From positions 1 to 64,000 of IMG/VR virus record IMGVR_UViG_3300021142_000013: 64,000 bases of DNA. One strand, written 5' to 3'. The translations under genes and the position numbers were made by a program. The notes under the pieces are model-generated. The model ran no database searches, had not been told where the DNA came from, and saw only the letters and a program-made list of their open reading frames with translations. Positions within the stretch are counted from its first letter, which is position 1. The number at the start of each line of letters is the position of its first letter. Source of the DNA: a virus. Below are positions 28,025 to 39,034 of this stretch, piece after piece.

Positions 28025-31000
28025 ATGTCTGAACAAAATTCTAATATAAACGCTAATCAAGCAACTGTCGGTTTAAATACGGATAGTACTGCCAATCAGC
28101 TATCTCCAGGAAGCTTAACATATGCTTTAAACGCGGGAATAGAAAACTTTGACGGTAATATTGTAACGTATCAAAATGAAACCAGCAACATTAAATGTAT
28201 AACTTTTCCCGAAGGATATACTGTTATAGGTACAAAAAATCTTATTGAGATAAATAAGATAATCTTTTTTTTAACTGATGGAAAAGGTAATTCTCAGATA
28301 GGATATGCTATTGAAGGAAGTTGTCAATATATAGTTGCTATAGATGATACTGTACAAGGAAGTGATAAATTAAATTTTAATTTAAATTATCCTATTCTTA
28401 AAGTAGTAAGTAAAACAACAAACTGCTCTACGCAAATATATTGGACAGATGGTCTAAATCCTCGTAGATATTTGGATTTAGAATTTATATTATGTCCAAG
28501 TTGTTCTGCTGCAAATAACACATTTCCTTGGAAAAGCATTCCTAATCCAGTAAACGCGTTTCAGCCTATAGAGCAGATCGGACAATTAGACAGTAATAAA
28601 CTATTAGTTCAACCTAATTTTTCAATACCAGAAATAGTTCCTACAGAAGTAACCGTTGGTGGAATATTACCAATGGGAACATATCAATTTGCAATTCAAT
28701 ATTGTGATTCTCTTGGTGAAGGATATACTTCTTTTTATAGTATAACTAATCCGTTAGGTATTTTTGAACAGAAAATAGGAGAAACACTTAATCTTCCAAC
28801 AAGTCAAGCAATTGCTTTAGCAATATCTAATTTAGATATTAGTGGACTATATGATTATTTTAATATTGCAGTTGTTAAAACAATTAACAATATAACAACA
28901 GTTGATTTAGTAGGAACTTTTCCTATTCTAAATACTTCTTATTCTTATACTTATACAGGAGTAGAAACAACTAATATTAAATTAACAATAACTGATATAT
29001 TAGAACAATCTCCTTATTATGAAGTTGCACAAGATGTATTTTCTGTAGATAATGTATTGGGATGGGATAATTTGATTGAAGCTGAAGATGTAAACTATCA
29101 ACAAATATGGTCTAAAGTAAACTTATTGTGGGAAACACATAAAATTCCCTATACTCGTTTTCAAGGATATAGTAACGGATTGAATACTGAAGCATATAAA
29201 GGATATATGCGTGATGAGGTTTATTCTTTTGAAGGTAGATTTATATTAAAGAATGGGCAAAAAACAAATAGCTTTCATATACCAGGAAGAATAAAAAATA
29301 CATCAGATGATATACCTTTAGTAGATATAAATAATCAAGATTTAGACGCAATTGTAACAGATGTATGTGAAGCTCCAACTCCTAAAGAAAGATGGAAAGT
29401 ATACAATACTGCTACACGTATTGATTATACTGATGAGTATAAAGCCAACGGTATAAATAATATTTGCTATGAAGGTTCTTATGAATATGGAACGATGGCT
29501 TATTGGGAATCTACGGATAAGTATCCTTCAAATGAAGCTATCTGGGGAGATTTATCAGGACAACCTATAAGACATCATAAATTTCCAGATTCATTAGTTA
29601 CACATATATATAGTTCTGATACTAAGAACGATCTATTTATATATCCGATAGGTGTTAGAATAGATGTAACTTCTTTTTACGATGCTATTAAGAATAGTTC
29701 TTTAACAGAAGCTCAGAAAAATCAAATCGCAGGTTTTGAAATAGCTAGAGGTAATAGAACAGCAAATAAATCAGTAATTGCAAAAGGACTATTTAACAAT
29801 GTAGGTAAATATAGTTTTACTCCTCCCGAAGGAGGTAGTTCTCAAACATATTATTATGCAAATTATCCATATAATGATTTAAGACCTGATCCTTATTTTG
29901 TAACTCAACATATGAGTAACCATATTGGTTACAGACCAGATTTATCATTAGATGGTTTTACTAAAGCAGATGTTAATAGCGATGCTCGTAGTAGATTTAG
30001 TTTTCATTCACCAGATACACATTTTTATCAACCTTCTATATCTTCAGGATTACAATTAAAACTAGAAACTATAGAATATGGACAAAGTAAAGGTCACTTT
30101 GTAGCAGTTAAAAAGAATGCTGAATATAAATTTCTTAGTAGCGAAACTGTATATGCTGCAGCAGGTATCGCTGTATCTGGTTCAATGGGTTATGGAGAAG
30201 GAACTTTTGGATGGCCTGTCCTTCATTTATCAAATGCTGTGCCTGGATTTACCGAAACATTAGATTTATTTAGAAAGTTAATTCCTTACACAAACTTTGG
30301 TTATACTTATAATTCTTATGGGAGCTATAATAAATCTTATCAAATACCTAACGATCAGGGAGAAAAAATAAGACTTATTAATTTTGCAAAATATCTTACC
30401 GATGGTGTACAAGGTATTGAAGATGGTAATTTAATCAATAACTATCGAAGAGAAAGTTCTGTTTATTTAAATACTACTTATAAATTATTATTCCCTGATG
30501 AATATAGTTTAGCAATTCCTCAAGATGAATCTAGATATAATTTAGCTTCGTATACAACAAATACATATACGATTGCTGAATTTTTATATAATTTTATAGC
30601 TACAAATAGTGATATTGTAACAGATAATACTATTACTACTGCAATAAATAGATTTTATAACGCAGCTAGTATACCAGATACTATTACAGTAACTTTTAAC
30701 ATTCCGTCAGTAATTACTACTGATGTACCTAGTGTTGGAGATATTTACAGATTAGGTTCTGTAAATTATGTTGTTCAAATAGTAAATAGTGTACCAATAG
30801 GAGCTACTACTTCACAAGTTACATTAATAACTACTGTACAAGTCATTAGTTTATATACACCTCCTCCTACTTTTGGAACACTTGCTCTAGTATCTTTAGA
30901 TGATCCTTCTGAAACATCTGCTACCACATTAGGATATATTTCGTATATAGCTGTAAATTCCTCTGCTAGTAGTTCTTTAAGTGATATTAGAACAAAGTTG

Positions 31001-33361
31001 CAATCTGTTGCTTTTGCAGGAGCTACTTTAGCTGATATTGAGGCTTTAAATAATGGTTGTAGCGATTGTTCAACTGGATGTGATTGTTTTGCACAAATAG
31101 CTTATAATGCGTTTTATGCACAGTTTTATAGCGAAATACAAACAAATAATACACCACAAGCTCCTGGAGATATTAGAAGTACAAATATTGCTTCTTATTA
31201 TGGTTCAATAAAACAAATAATAGATAATCAATGGGGGCAAATATATTCTTACGAAACCATATATACAGGATTCTATAATGATCTTTTTCAAAAAGATGGT
31301 ACAAATTTTCCATCTTTTCCTACTGTATTCGGAGGAGATATTTATATAAATAGATTTGCATTAAAAACAAAAACATCTATCTTTGTAGATAATACAGTTA
31401 ACAATCCTGACGATACAGATATTCAATATGATTATTTAGCTAATTATGGATATCCGATGTTTTGGTTGAGTACTAAACCACAAGATGTCGTTGTAGATAT
31501 AAAATCAGATATTGATGCAATATATAAAATTATACAATCTTCTCCAGGAGTAGGTGGTAGTGGTTCTACTCTTAGTAAAATATGGACAGTTATTAAGGGT
31601 ATATTTTCTGGAGGAATGTTTGCAATACCTACCGTAATTAAATTACTTATAGATATATTTAATCAATTAAAAAAGAATATTCTTGTTCCTAATACAAACT
31701 TTGATAATTTCCAATTAGAAGGAATAATGGAACAAGGTTTAATGTATTTATTTAATTATGGAATACCTTATTTCTTTGTTGAAAGTGAAGTAAATGTTGA
31801 CTATAGACAAGCAACTAATGATTTAGAAGGTAATTTCTATCCTAATGTTGGAGATGGTATACCTGACGATTGGTTACAAGAAGTAAATGTTCCTATTATA
31901 AATGACAATAATTACACATACAATCAAACATATTCTAAACAAAATAAGGAAGAATATTTTTCACATTTACGTGAGAATTATGATCCTAATAATAAATGTT
32001 TTACTAATTTTCCCAATCGCGCTATTTGGTCAGATAAATCTAATCTAGAAGAAACTAAAAATAATTGGTTGGTATATAGACCTAGTGCTTTTTATGATTT
32101 TCCTAAAGCATACGGAAAACTTACTTCTCTAGATAATTTGGAAAATATTCAAGTTCTTGCGAGATTTGAGAATAAATCTCAAATATATAATGCATTAACT
32201 ACCGTACAAGTATCACAAGGACCTGCTGCTTATTTAGGTAATAGTGCATTATTTTCAGCAACTCCTCCAATTGATTTAGCAGAATCGGATTTGGGTTATG
32301 CGGGTTCTCAACATAAATTGTTACTTAAAACTGAATTCGGGCATGTATTTGTAGATGCATCTAGAGGACAAGTAATTTTATTACAAGGTTCTAAAGTAAA
32401 TGACATTGCGTCTAAAGGAATGAATAAATGGTTCGCTGAAAATCTTCCATTCAATATAACAAATAGTTTTCTTGATATAGATATAGATAATTGTTATAAT
32501 GGATTAGGTCTTACTGGTTCATATGATCCTTTTTATCAACGCTTTTTTATAACAAAGCTTGATTATCAACCGCTTATACAAGGAATTACTTATGACGGAA
32601 CCAATTTCAAATTTGCAGATAGTATAATAAATTTAAGTGATTCTAAATATTTTTGCAATAAATCATGGACAATTTCTTATAATTTTAAAACACAAACATG
32701 GATTTCTTTCCATAGCTTTATACCTAATTATTATATAGGAAATAATTTATATTTTCAAACAGGTATTAAATCTAATAATACTCTTTGGAATCATAATCAA
32801 ACATTCTTTTCTTTTCAAGAATATTACGGAACACAATATCCATATGTATTAGAATATCCATTTGTTTATAAATATCAAGATGAGATATTGAAAAATGTTA
32901 AAGAGTACTGTAGTGCAATTAAGTATACTGATTTTAATGTATATTATGAACCAAAAGAATTAATATATTTTAACAAAGCAATTATATATAATAGACAGCA
33001 ATGTTCAGGATTACTTAATTTAATACCAAAAAGTAATTCAAATATGGCACAACAGTTTATGTATCCAAAATATAACTCTACATCTAAAGATATACTTGTA
33101 TCTAAAGCAGATAATTTCTATAATTATAATACTTTTTGGGATATTATAAAAGATCCAAATAAACCTTGTTTCACATCATCTTGTGATTTATCTTTAGAAA
33201 ATATTAGTTTAGATAATACAAATTTAGATTATTCTAATAAAATTATACGTAATCAATTTAGAGCAAAAGATTTACGTATTAGAGAAATTTTAGATAATAG
33301 AAACGATATAAAATTATTATCTCGTTTTATTACTTCACCTACTACTACAAGTTACTTATAA
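28025..33361 (+). CDS. tail stabilisation (muzzle) protein
   Basis: 1778 aa; GLNTD...YALNA start, YWTDG.NP, GYMRDEVY, FGGDIYI, GYAGSQH, WTISY...WISFHS. Confidence 0.8.
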   Translation: MSEQNSNINANQATVGLNTDSTANQLSPGSLTYALNAGIENFDGNIVTYQNETSNIKCITFPEGYTVIGTKNLIEINKIIFFLTDGKGNSQIGYAIEGSCQYIVAIDDTVQGSDKLNFNLNYPILKVVSKTTNCSTQIYWTDGLNPRRYLDLEFILCPSCSAANNTFPWKSIPNPVNAFQPIEQIGQLDSNKLLVQPNFSIPEIVPTEVTVGGILPMGTYQFAIQYCDSLGEGYTSFYSITNPLGIFEQKIGETLNLPTSQAIALAISNLDISGLYDYFNIAVVKTINNITTVDLVGTFPILNTSYSYTYTGVETTNIKLTITDILEQSPYYEVAQDVFSVDNVLGWDNLIEAEDVNYQQIWSKVNLLWETHKIPYTRFQGYSNGLNTEAYKGYMRDEVYSFEGRFILKNGQKTNSFHIPGRIKNTSDDIPLVDINNQDLDAIVTDVCEAPTPKERWKVYNTATRIDYTDEYKANGINNICYEGSYEYGTMAYWESTDKYPSNEAIWGDLSGQPIRHHKFPDSLVTHIYSSDTKNDLFIYPIGVRIDVTSFYDAIKNSSLTEAQKNQIAGFEIARGNRTANKSVIAKGLFNNVGKYSFTPPEGGSSQTYYYANYPYNDLRPDPYFVTQHMSNHIGYRPDLSLDGFTKADVNSDARSRFSFHSPDTHFYQPSISSGLQLKLETIEYGQSKGHFVAVKKNAEYKFLSSETVYAAAGIAVSGSMGYGEGTFGWPVLHLSNAVPGFTETLDLFRKLIPYTNFGYTYNSYGSYNKSYQIPNDQGEKIRLINFAKYLTDGVQGIEDGNLINNYRRESSVYLNTTYKLLFPDEYSLAIPQDESRYNLASYTTNTYTIAEFLYNFIATNSDIVTDNTITTAINRFYNAASIPDTITVTFNIPSVITTDVPSVGDIYRLGSVNYVVQIVNSVPIGATTSQVTLITTVQVISLYTPPPTFGTLALVSLDDPSETSATTLGYISYIAVNSSASSSLSDIRTKLQSVAFAGATLADIEALNNGCSDCSTGCDCFAQIAYNAFYAQFYSEIQTNNTPQAPGDIRSTNIASYYGSIKQIIDNQWGQIYSYETIYTGFYNDLFQKDGTNFPSFPTVFGGDIYINRFALKTKTSIFVDNTVNNPDDTDIQYDYLANYGYPMFWLSTKPQDVVVDIKSDIDAIYKIIQSSPGVGGSGSTLSKIWTVIKGIFSGGMFAIPTVIKLLIDIFNQLKKNILVPNTNFDNFQLEGIMEQGLMYLFNYGIPYFFVESEVNVDYRQATNDLEGNFYPNVGDGIPDDWLQEVNVPIINDNNYTYNQTYSKQNKEEYFSHLRENYDPNNKCFTNFPNRAIWSDKSNLEETKNNWLVYRPSAFYDFPKAYGKLTSLDNLENIQVLARFENKSQIYNALTTVQVSQGPAAYLGNSALFSATPPIDLAESDLGYAGSQHKLLLKTEFGHVFVDASRGQVILLQGSKVNDIASKGMNKWFAENLPFNITNSFLDIDIDNCYNGLGLTGSYDPFYQRFFITKLDYQPLIQGITYDGTNFKFADSIINLSDSKYFCNKSWTISYNFKTQTWISFHSFIPNYYIGNNLYFQTGIKSNNTLWNHNQTFFSFQEYYGTQYPYVLEYPFVYKYQDEILKNVKEYCSAIKYTDFNVYYEPKELIYFNKAIIYNRQQCSGLLNLIPKSNSNMAQQFMYPKYNSTSKDILVSKADNFYNYNTFWDIIKDPNKPCFTSSCDLSLENISLDNTNLDYSNKIIRNQFRAKDLRIREILDNRNDIKLLSRFITSPTTTSYL

Positions 33362-33362
33362 T

Positions 33363-34535
33363 ATGAAAGGTAAAATGGCAAAAAGAAGCAAAAAATATTT
33401 TCCAAAAGCTGATTTTGGAGATGAACTACAAGGAAGTAATCCTTTAGAAATAATTCCTAAAGATAATTATCAAAAGTATAATTGGCAGCAGATTCATCAG
33501 CAACAGATTCCTCAACAGAATAATCCTCAGCAAGGAGCTATTGAGAATACTAGTCAAAATAACATGAAGCCTTTTATGAAAGGAGCGGCTGGTTTTGCAA
33601 AATCTGCAGGACAAGGATTAGGAGATATTGTAACAGGAGGAATATCTTTAGCTAATGCATTAGTACCAGACAATAAAAATAAGCAGCTTTTAAGACCTGA
33701 TATGCAACAAATGAGGACATACAATCCTTATCAATATGGTACAGGTAGCGAAGCTATATATGAAGATGGAGGTGTTGTAGATGGTGTAGGAGATTGGTCT
33801 ACAAGACAAGTGGAACAACCTTATCATCCCATGAAAAAACACGGCATACAAGTATCATACGATAACACAACTACCCCTTATTCAGGAAACCAATATCCTG
33901 ATCCAAACGCTATTAATTATCAAGCTCCTAATACTGATTATTCACATACTACTCCTTCAGGAGAAGATTATGTTAGATATGAAAGAACAAGAGGGGTGCG
34001 AGGAGAAAAGTATACATACGATCCTATTTTACCTAATAGCTGGGATCGTGCTCGAAAAAATGCTTTTTTACAACAGCAACCTGAATACATGGGAGAAGAG
34101 CATTTGCCTATAAATTTAAGAAATATTCAACAATACGATGAACAACAAGCGTATACTCCGAGACCAAATGACGATCCTAATTTCTTTAATAAAATGAAGG
34201 TTTGGGATAGAGACATAAAATATCCGTCTCAAGTTCCTGTAGAAGAAGATTATATGGAATATGGTGGTGAAATAGAAGAAGCTAAATCAGGTATACATAT
34301 AAAGAAAAAGAATCGTGGTAAGTTTAATGCTCTTAAAAAGAGAACAGGTAAAACTACAGAAGAACTTACACATTCAAAAAATCCTTTAACAAGGAAGCGC
34401 GCAATCTTTGCACAAAACGCGAAGAAATGGAAAAAACACGAATTTGGTGGATTAGTAGAAGGACAAGAATTAGATTTATCAGAAGAAGAAATTCAATCAC
34501 TTATCTCACAAGGATATAAATTAGATTTTGAATAA
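33363..34535 (+). CDS. putative internal cargo protein
   Basis: Disordered and Gln-rich, repeated xxxGG motifs, basic GIHIKKKNRGKF...RKRAIFAQNAKKW module. Confidence 0.6.
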   Translation: MKGKMAKRSKKYFPKADFGDELQGSNPLEIIPKDNYQKYNWQQIHQQQIPQQNNPQQGAIENTSQNNMKPFMKGAAGFAKSAGQGLGDIVTGGISLANALVPDNKNKQLLRPDMQQMRTYNPYQYGTGSEAIYEDGGVVDGVGDWSTRQVEQPYHPMKKHGIQVSYDNTTTPYSGNQYPDPNAINYQAPNTDYSHTTPSGEDYVRYERTRGVRGEKYTYDPILPNSWDRARKNAFLQQQPEYMGEEHLPINLRNIQQYDEQQAYTPRPNDDPNFFNKMKVWDRDIKYPSQVPVEEDYMEYGGEIEEAKSGIHIKKKNRGKFNALKKRTGKTTEELTHSKNPLTRKRAIFAQNAKKWKKHEFGGLVEGQELDLSEEEIQSLISQGYKLDFE

Positions 34536-36549
34536 TATGAAAGTACGTATCGCAAAAATACCCCAAGCTAAAAATGGTTTAGATGTTTTATGGGGAGGAG
34601 GTGCTAAAAAAATATCAGAAAATCCACATGATAATGGAACTATTGAGTTTAATGGAAAATCTCATGCAGATGGTGGAGTAGGTATTAACTATAACGGTAA
34701 TACTGTAGAAGTAGAAGGTGGTGAAACTGCTGCTATCAATAAAGATGGAGATATGAATATTTTTGGTAATATGTATGTACCTAATTCTAAACTCAAATTT
34801 AAAACTGCAGCGAAAAGAATTGCTAAAGAAGAAGAGAAATCTTCTAAACAATTAGATACTGCTATAAATTTAGTTAATGAATATTCTCCTTATAATAAAT
34901 ATACAGCCCTTAGTTTTAATTCAGGCGTTGCTATGCAAGAAGGTGCTCAAATTAAACAAAGATATCTATCTTCTCAAAAAGAAGATTTAGCACATTTACA
35001 AAATGCAATGTTAGATACTGCTGAAGAAAAAAATATAAGTCCTGAAAAGCTATCTAATACTCTTCGTAAGTATAAATGGGGTGGTAAAATTAAAAAATAT
35101 AAAGAAGGTGGTGAAGTAGAGAATAGTCCTTTTACTCAATATATAGCAGATGCTGCTAAAAAATATGGAGTAAATGAACAAATCATTAGAAATTTAATTA
35201 ATACTGAAAGTGGTTGGCATTCAGGTAACGTAACTTCTTCTAAAGGAGCTGAAGGAATTATGCAAATAATGCCTGGTACAGCAAAGGAATTAGGTTTAAC
35301 TCCTCAACAGTTAATCTCTAATAATCCTGAAGATGTTAAAGCAGTAATAGATGCGGGAGTACGTTATTTCAAACAAGGATTAGATAAGAATAATGGTGAT
35401 TATAAATTAGCTTTGGCAGCATATAATGGAGGACAAGGTGCTGTAGAAACAGTTAAAAAAGGATTGGGTAAACAACAAATAACAGGGGATGATTTAATTA
35501 ATTATTATGAAAAACAACCTGCTAATAAAAATCCAAATTCTTATAAAAACGAAACTCTTCCTTATATAAAATCTATATATGGAACCCAGCACGATAAAGA
35601 TGTATTCCGAAACGATGTATATGGTATAAAAGGAGAAATTGCTCCACCACCACCAAGAGATTATCAATCAATAGAATCTATTCATAGTCAAAAATATGCA
35701 GATAATCCTGGAGCAATACAACCTATTCGTCAAAATTATTTTGATAAACAAACAAATAGTTTTGTATCTAATAAACCAGACAACACTGATTACTTTAGAA
35801 CGTCTCCTAATAAAAAGAAACCTTCTCTTGCAGATAGTAATAAATTAGGAATATCTGATTTTCTAGGAGAAATACCCGCATTATTAGATAGACCTGATGA
35901 TGTAGCGCATTTCAGCTATCAACCAGAACTATATCAACCATATCAAGTATCTTTTCAGGATAGACTTAATTCTAATTTAGGTACATTTAAAGAACTTGAA
36001 GGACAAATTAAAGATAATCCTGCTGCGTTATCTGTTTTAGCAGGACAGAAATATAATGCAGATAATCAAGTATTAGCTGAACAATTTAGGACAAATCAAG
36101 GGATAAATAATGAAATAACAAATAAAAACATATCTACTATAAATGATGCTAAATTGAAAAATCTTCAGTTGGAAGATACACAATATACTAGACAAGAGCA
36201 AGCTAAATCAAATACACGTTCTCGTAGAGATCAAGCTCTAGCATCAATATCTAATAAATTCGCACGTAATCGTGCTGAAAATATGGATATACGACTTAAA
36301 GAAAATTTGTTTAACTATCGTCCAGATGCAAAGGGAGTTATGCAAAACTATAATCCTGATGCCGTTTGGTCAGTAAATCCTTCACAAGGTTCTGGTAATC
36401 AACAAGTTGTAGGTGGTAGAAAAACTTCTCATTACGATCCACAAGGTCAACTTACAGGATATACTGTTTCAGAAGATGAAGAAACAAAAAGTAAATGGGG
36501 TAGTAAGATAGAAGTAGCTAAAAAAGCAACTTCTAAATGGAAAATCTAA
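34528..36549 (+). CDS. cargo/ejection protein with lytic transglycosylase (SLT) domain
   Basis: GKSHADGG...EVEGGE N-domain; TESG...SSKGAEGIMQIMPGTA...ALAAYNGG SLT motifs. Confidence 0.8.
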   Translation: MNNMKVRIAKIPQAKNGLDVLWGGGAKKISENPHDNGTIEFNGKSHADGGVGINYNGNTVEVEGGETAAINKDGDMNIFGNMYVPNSKLKFKTAAKRIAKEEEKSSKQLDTAINLVNEYSPYNKYTALSFNSGVAMQEGAQIKQRYLSSQKEDLAHLQNAMLDTAEEKNISPEKLSNTLRKYKWGGKIKKYKEGGEVENSPFTQYIADAAKKYGVNEQIIRNLINTESGWHSGNVTSSKGAEGIMQIMPGTAKELGLTPQQLISNNPEDVKAVIDAGVRYFKQGLDKNNGDYKLALAAYNGGQGAVETVKKGLGKQQITGDDLINYYEKQPANKNPNSYKNETLPYIKSIYGTQHDKDVFRNDVYGIKGEIAPPPPRDYQSIESIHSQKYADNPGAIQPIRQNYFDKQTNSFVSNKPDNTDYFRTSPNKKKPSLADSNKLGISDFLGEIPALLDRPDDVAHFSYQPELYQPYQVSFQDRLNSNLGTFKELEGQIKDNPAALSVLAGQKYNADNQVLAEQFRTNQGINNEITNKNISTINDAKLKNLQLEDTQYTRQEQAKSNTRSRRDQALASISNKFARNRAENMDIRLKENLFNYRPDAKGVMQNYNPDAVWSVNPSQGSGNQQVVGGRKTSHYDPQGQLTGYTVSEDEETKSKWGSKIEVAKKATSKWKI

Positions 36550-36578
36550 TATTTGTTATTAAACTACTTTTAATAAAA

Positions 36579-36610
36579 TTTGTTAGATTCAATAATTTTA
36601 ATTATATTTG
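36579..36610 (+). promoter_or_regulatory. Bacteroidota sigma-A promoter
   Basis: TTTG - 20 nt - TATATTTG. Confidence 0.75.
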
Positions 36611-36623
36611 CAAATAATATTCA

Positions 36624-39032
36624 ATGAGTTCATTTACAGAAAACCCGACGTTAGCTCTCTCTCCTTATGTTCCAAAGGTTAATGTGGATACATATGCTCA
36701 AGTCGGCATGTATAAGCAAAATCAATATAATCAAGGATACGCTAAAATTCAAGGTGCTATTGATAATGTTGCAGGACTAGACGTATATGGAGATCATCGC
36801 AAACAATATCTTGAAAATAAAGTAAATGAATTAAATACTCATTTAAAGTCTATAGCAGGAGCCGATTTAAGTAATCAACAACTTATTAATCAAGTGGGTG
36901 CGTTTGCATCACATATAGCAAATGATCCTAATATACAACAATCCGTAGCAGCAGCACACCAAATAAAATCTTATTATAAAGATGCTAATACATTAAAACA
37001 AAAACATCCTGAGCTATATACGGAACAAAATCAATGGTATGACACTCGTCAGATAGAGGCTTATGCCAATAATCCAGATGTAGGTGCTATATATAATGGT
37101 CCACGAGAAGCTACAAGATATGCTGATTACGACGAACCTATAAGAAAAGCTCTTAAAGATTTATCTCCGACAGTATCTTATAAATCAGGAGCGAATGGTA
37201 GGTATGAATATGTTATAGACAAATCTTCAACAATAACTCCTACGCAAGTAGAACAAGTTATAGAAGGAGTTCTTTCTTCTCATCCTGAATATAAGAAACA
37301 AGTTCAAATAAATGGAGCATATGCTTATAAAGATTATACTCCAGATCAGTTGGATCATCATATGAATTCTCTTACAACAGATGTTATTACAGAATTACAT
37401 AATAAGAATGAATTTTACAAACAACAAAAAGCGAAAGATCCGTCTAATCCTATTAAAAATGCTAATGCTGATGAACAAATCCAGGGAAATACCGAAATCA
37501 TAAATAAATTATCAGAAGTTAAAAAAGGTTATGACGATGTATTAAAAAACTATGGTGTTGAAGCAGCAAAAGAATATTTATATAATTCTAATTTTAAATA
37601 TAATTATATAAACAATTATCAAAAAGATAATCACGAATTAGAAATTAAAGAAAATATAGGTAATGTTCAAGCTGATAAACATTGGTTAGATTATGTTAAA
37701 GAAGGAGTAGATCCTAATACAAGGATGCCTCTTAAACCAGGTGATCCTTTATGGGAAATATCTCAAACTGCTAGTGGTAAAACTAATTATGCTACCAATA
37801 GAGTAGTTGTTGGACAACCTTCAGGAGAAACATATGCTTCTGATAAGAATACTAAAATGATTGAAGACTTAACTTCTAAATCTAAAGAAGAGCTTGCGAC
37901 TTTACGTAAAGACTATATTAACGCTTATTTTAATGGAATAGCGTCTAAAGATAATCTTAAAGCTTTCGATAATTATGTAGCAGAACAAGAAAAACATATT
38001 AATCTAGGAGACGGTCAAGGAGATCCTCTTTATTTAGGTTATAAAGAAAATTCAAAGAAAACGCAAGTACAGTTAAAATCTTTAACAGACTTAAAAACTG
38101 CTGCTGAAACATATGGTGCTGAACAAGTAAAGTTACCTGATCAAAATTTTGTAATTAAAGATAAATACGGAACAATTACAATTAATCCTTCACAGCATAT
38201 AAATTTCATAAACAAACTCAAAGATATAAACAATTATATCCAAGAACATGCACAAGTAGAGGGTGGTACAAGTAGTACAGGTATTTCTACAGGATATACT
38301 TCTAAAAAAGAATATGAAAAAGCACAACAAGAAATATTTGACAAATATAAGAATGATCCTGATTATGAATTATTAAAAAGAATATATTCTCAAAATCTTC
38401 AAACAGAAATTGCTAAAACAGTAATAAATCCTTATGATGAAGCAATATCTAAAAGAAGACAAGCAGTTAACGAATATTATACCAATCAAGGTAAAACATT
38501 AAATCCTGAAGGTATTAATGTTCAAGGAAATCCTAAGTTAGAAAAAGAAGTAGAAGGATTAGCTAAAAATGCATATACCGCAGCACACCCTGATTCAAAG
38601 TCTTTTCCTAAGAATTTTGAAGTATTAAATACTTATTATGATAGTAAAGGATTACCACATGTACAATATGTAGCGGATGGTGTACGAGAAGATTCACCGC
38701 TTACTACTTCAGGAGAACTCTCTTTTATGAAAAGAGATCCTTATGATTGGGCTGAAAACGCAATTGAATATTCTCCAGCAAAACAATTAACTACTACAAG
38801 TAGTAATGGTAAAATAACGTATTCAGTAGGTAAAGATAGTTATGGTTCATATTCTTTATATTTATTAAATAATGGTAATCGTATAAGAATACCTACTCCA
38901 CAACCATTAATTTCTGCAGGAAATGCAATATCTCAAATTGAAGATTTTGCAAATGCTAAAAATGGAGATGGTTCTCCAATGACCTCTCAACAAATAATTG
39001 AAACAATACAAAACGAATATTTAAATAGATAA
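36624..39032 (+). CDS. putative ejection/cargo protein
   Basis: 802-aa helical protein preceding the virion RNAP gene. Confidence 0.6.
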   Translation: MSSFTENPTLALSPYVPKVNVDTYAQVGMYKQNQYNQGYAKIQGAIDNVAGLDVYGDHRKQYLENKVNELNTHLKSIAGADLSNQQLINQVGAFASHIANDPNIQQSVAAAHQIKSYYKDANTLKQKHPELYTEQNQWYDTRQIEAYANNPDVGAIYNGPREATRYADYDEPIRKALKDLSPTVSYKSGANGRYEYVIDKSSTITPTQVEQVIEGVLSSHPEYKKQVQINGAYAYKDYTPDQLDHHMNSLTTDVITELHNKNEFYKQQKAKDPSNPIKNANADEQIQGNTEIINKLSEVKKGYDDVLKNYGVEAAKEYLYNSNFKYNYINNYQKDNHELEIKENIGNVQADKHWLDYVKEGVDPNTRMPLKPGDPLWEISQTASGKTNYATNRVVVGQPSGETYASDKNTKMIEDLTSKSKEELATLRKDYINAYFNGIASKDNLKAFDNYVAEQEKHINLGDGQGDPLYLGYKENSKKTQVQLKSLTDLKTAAETYGAEQVKLPDQNFVIKDKYGTITINPSQHINFINKLKDINNYIQEHAQVEGGTSSTGISTGYTSKKEYEKAQQEIFDKYKNDPDYELLKRIYSQNLQTEIAKTVINPYDEAISKRRQAVNEYYTNQGKTLNPEGINVQGNPKLEKEVEGLAKNAYTAAHPDSKSFPKNFEVLNTYYDSKGLPHVQYVADGVREDSPLTTSGELSFMKRDPYDWAENAIEYSPAKQLTTTSSNGKITYSVGKDSYGSYSLYLLNNGNRIRIPTPQPLISAGNAISQIEDFANAKNGDGSPMTSQQIIETIQNEYLNR

Positions 39033-39034
39033 TA

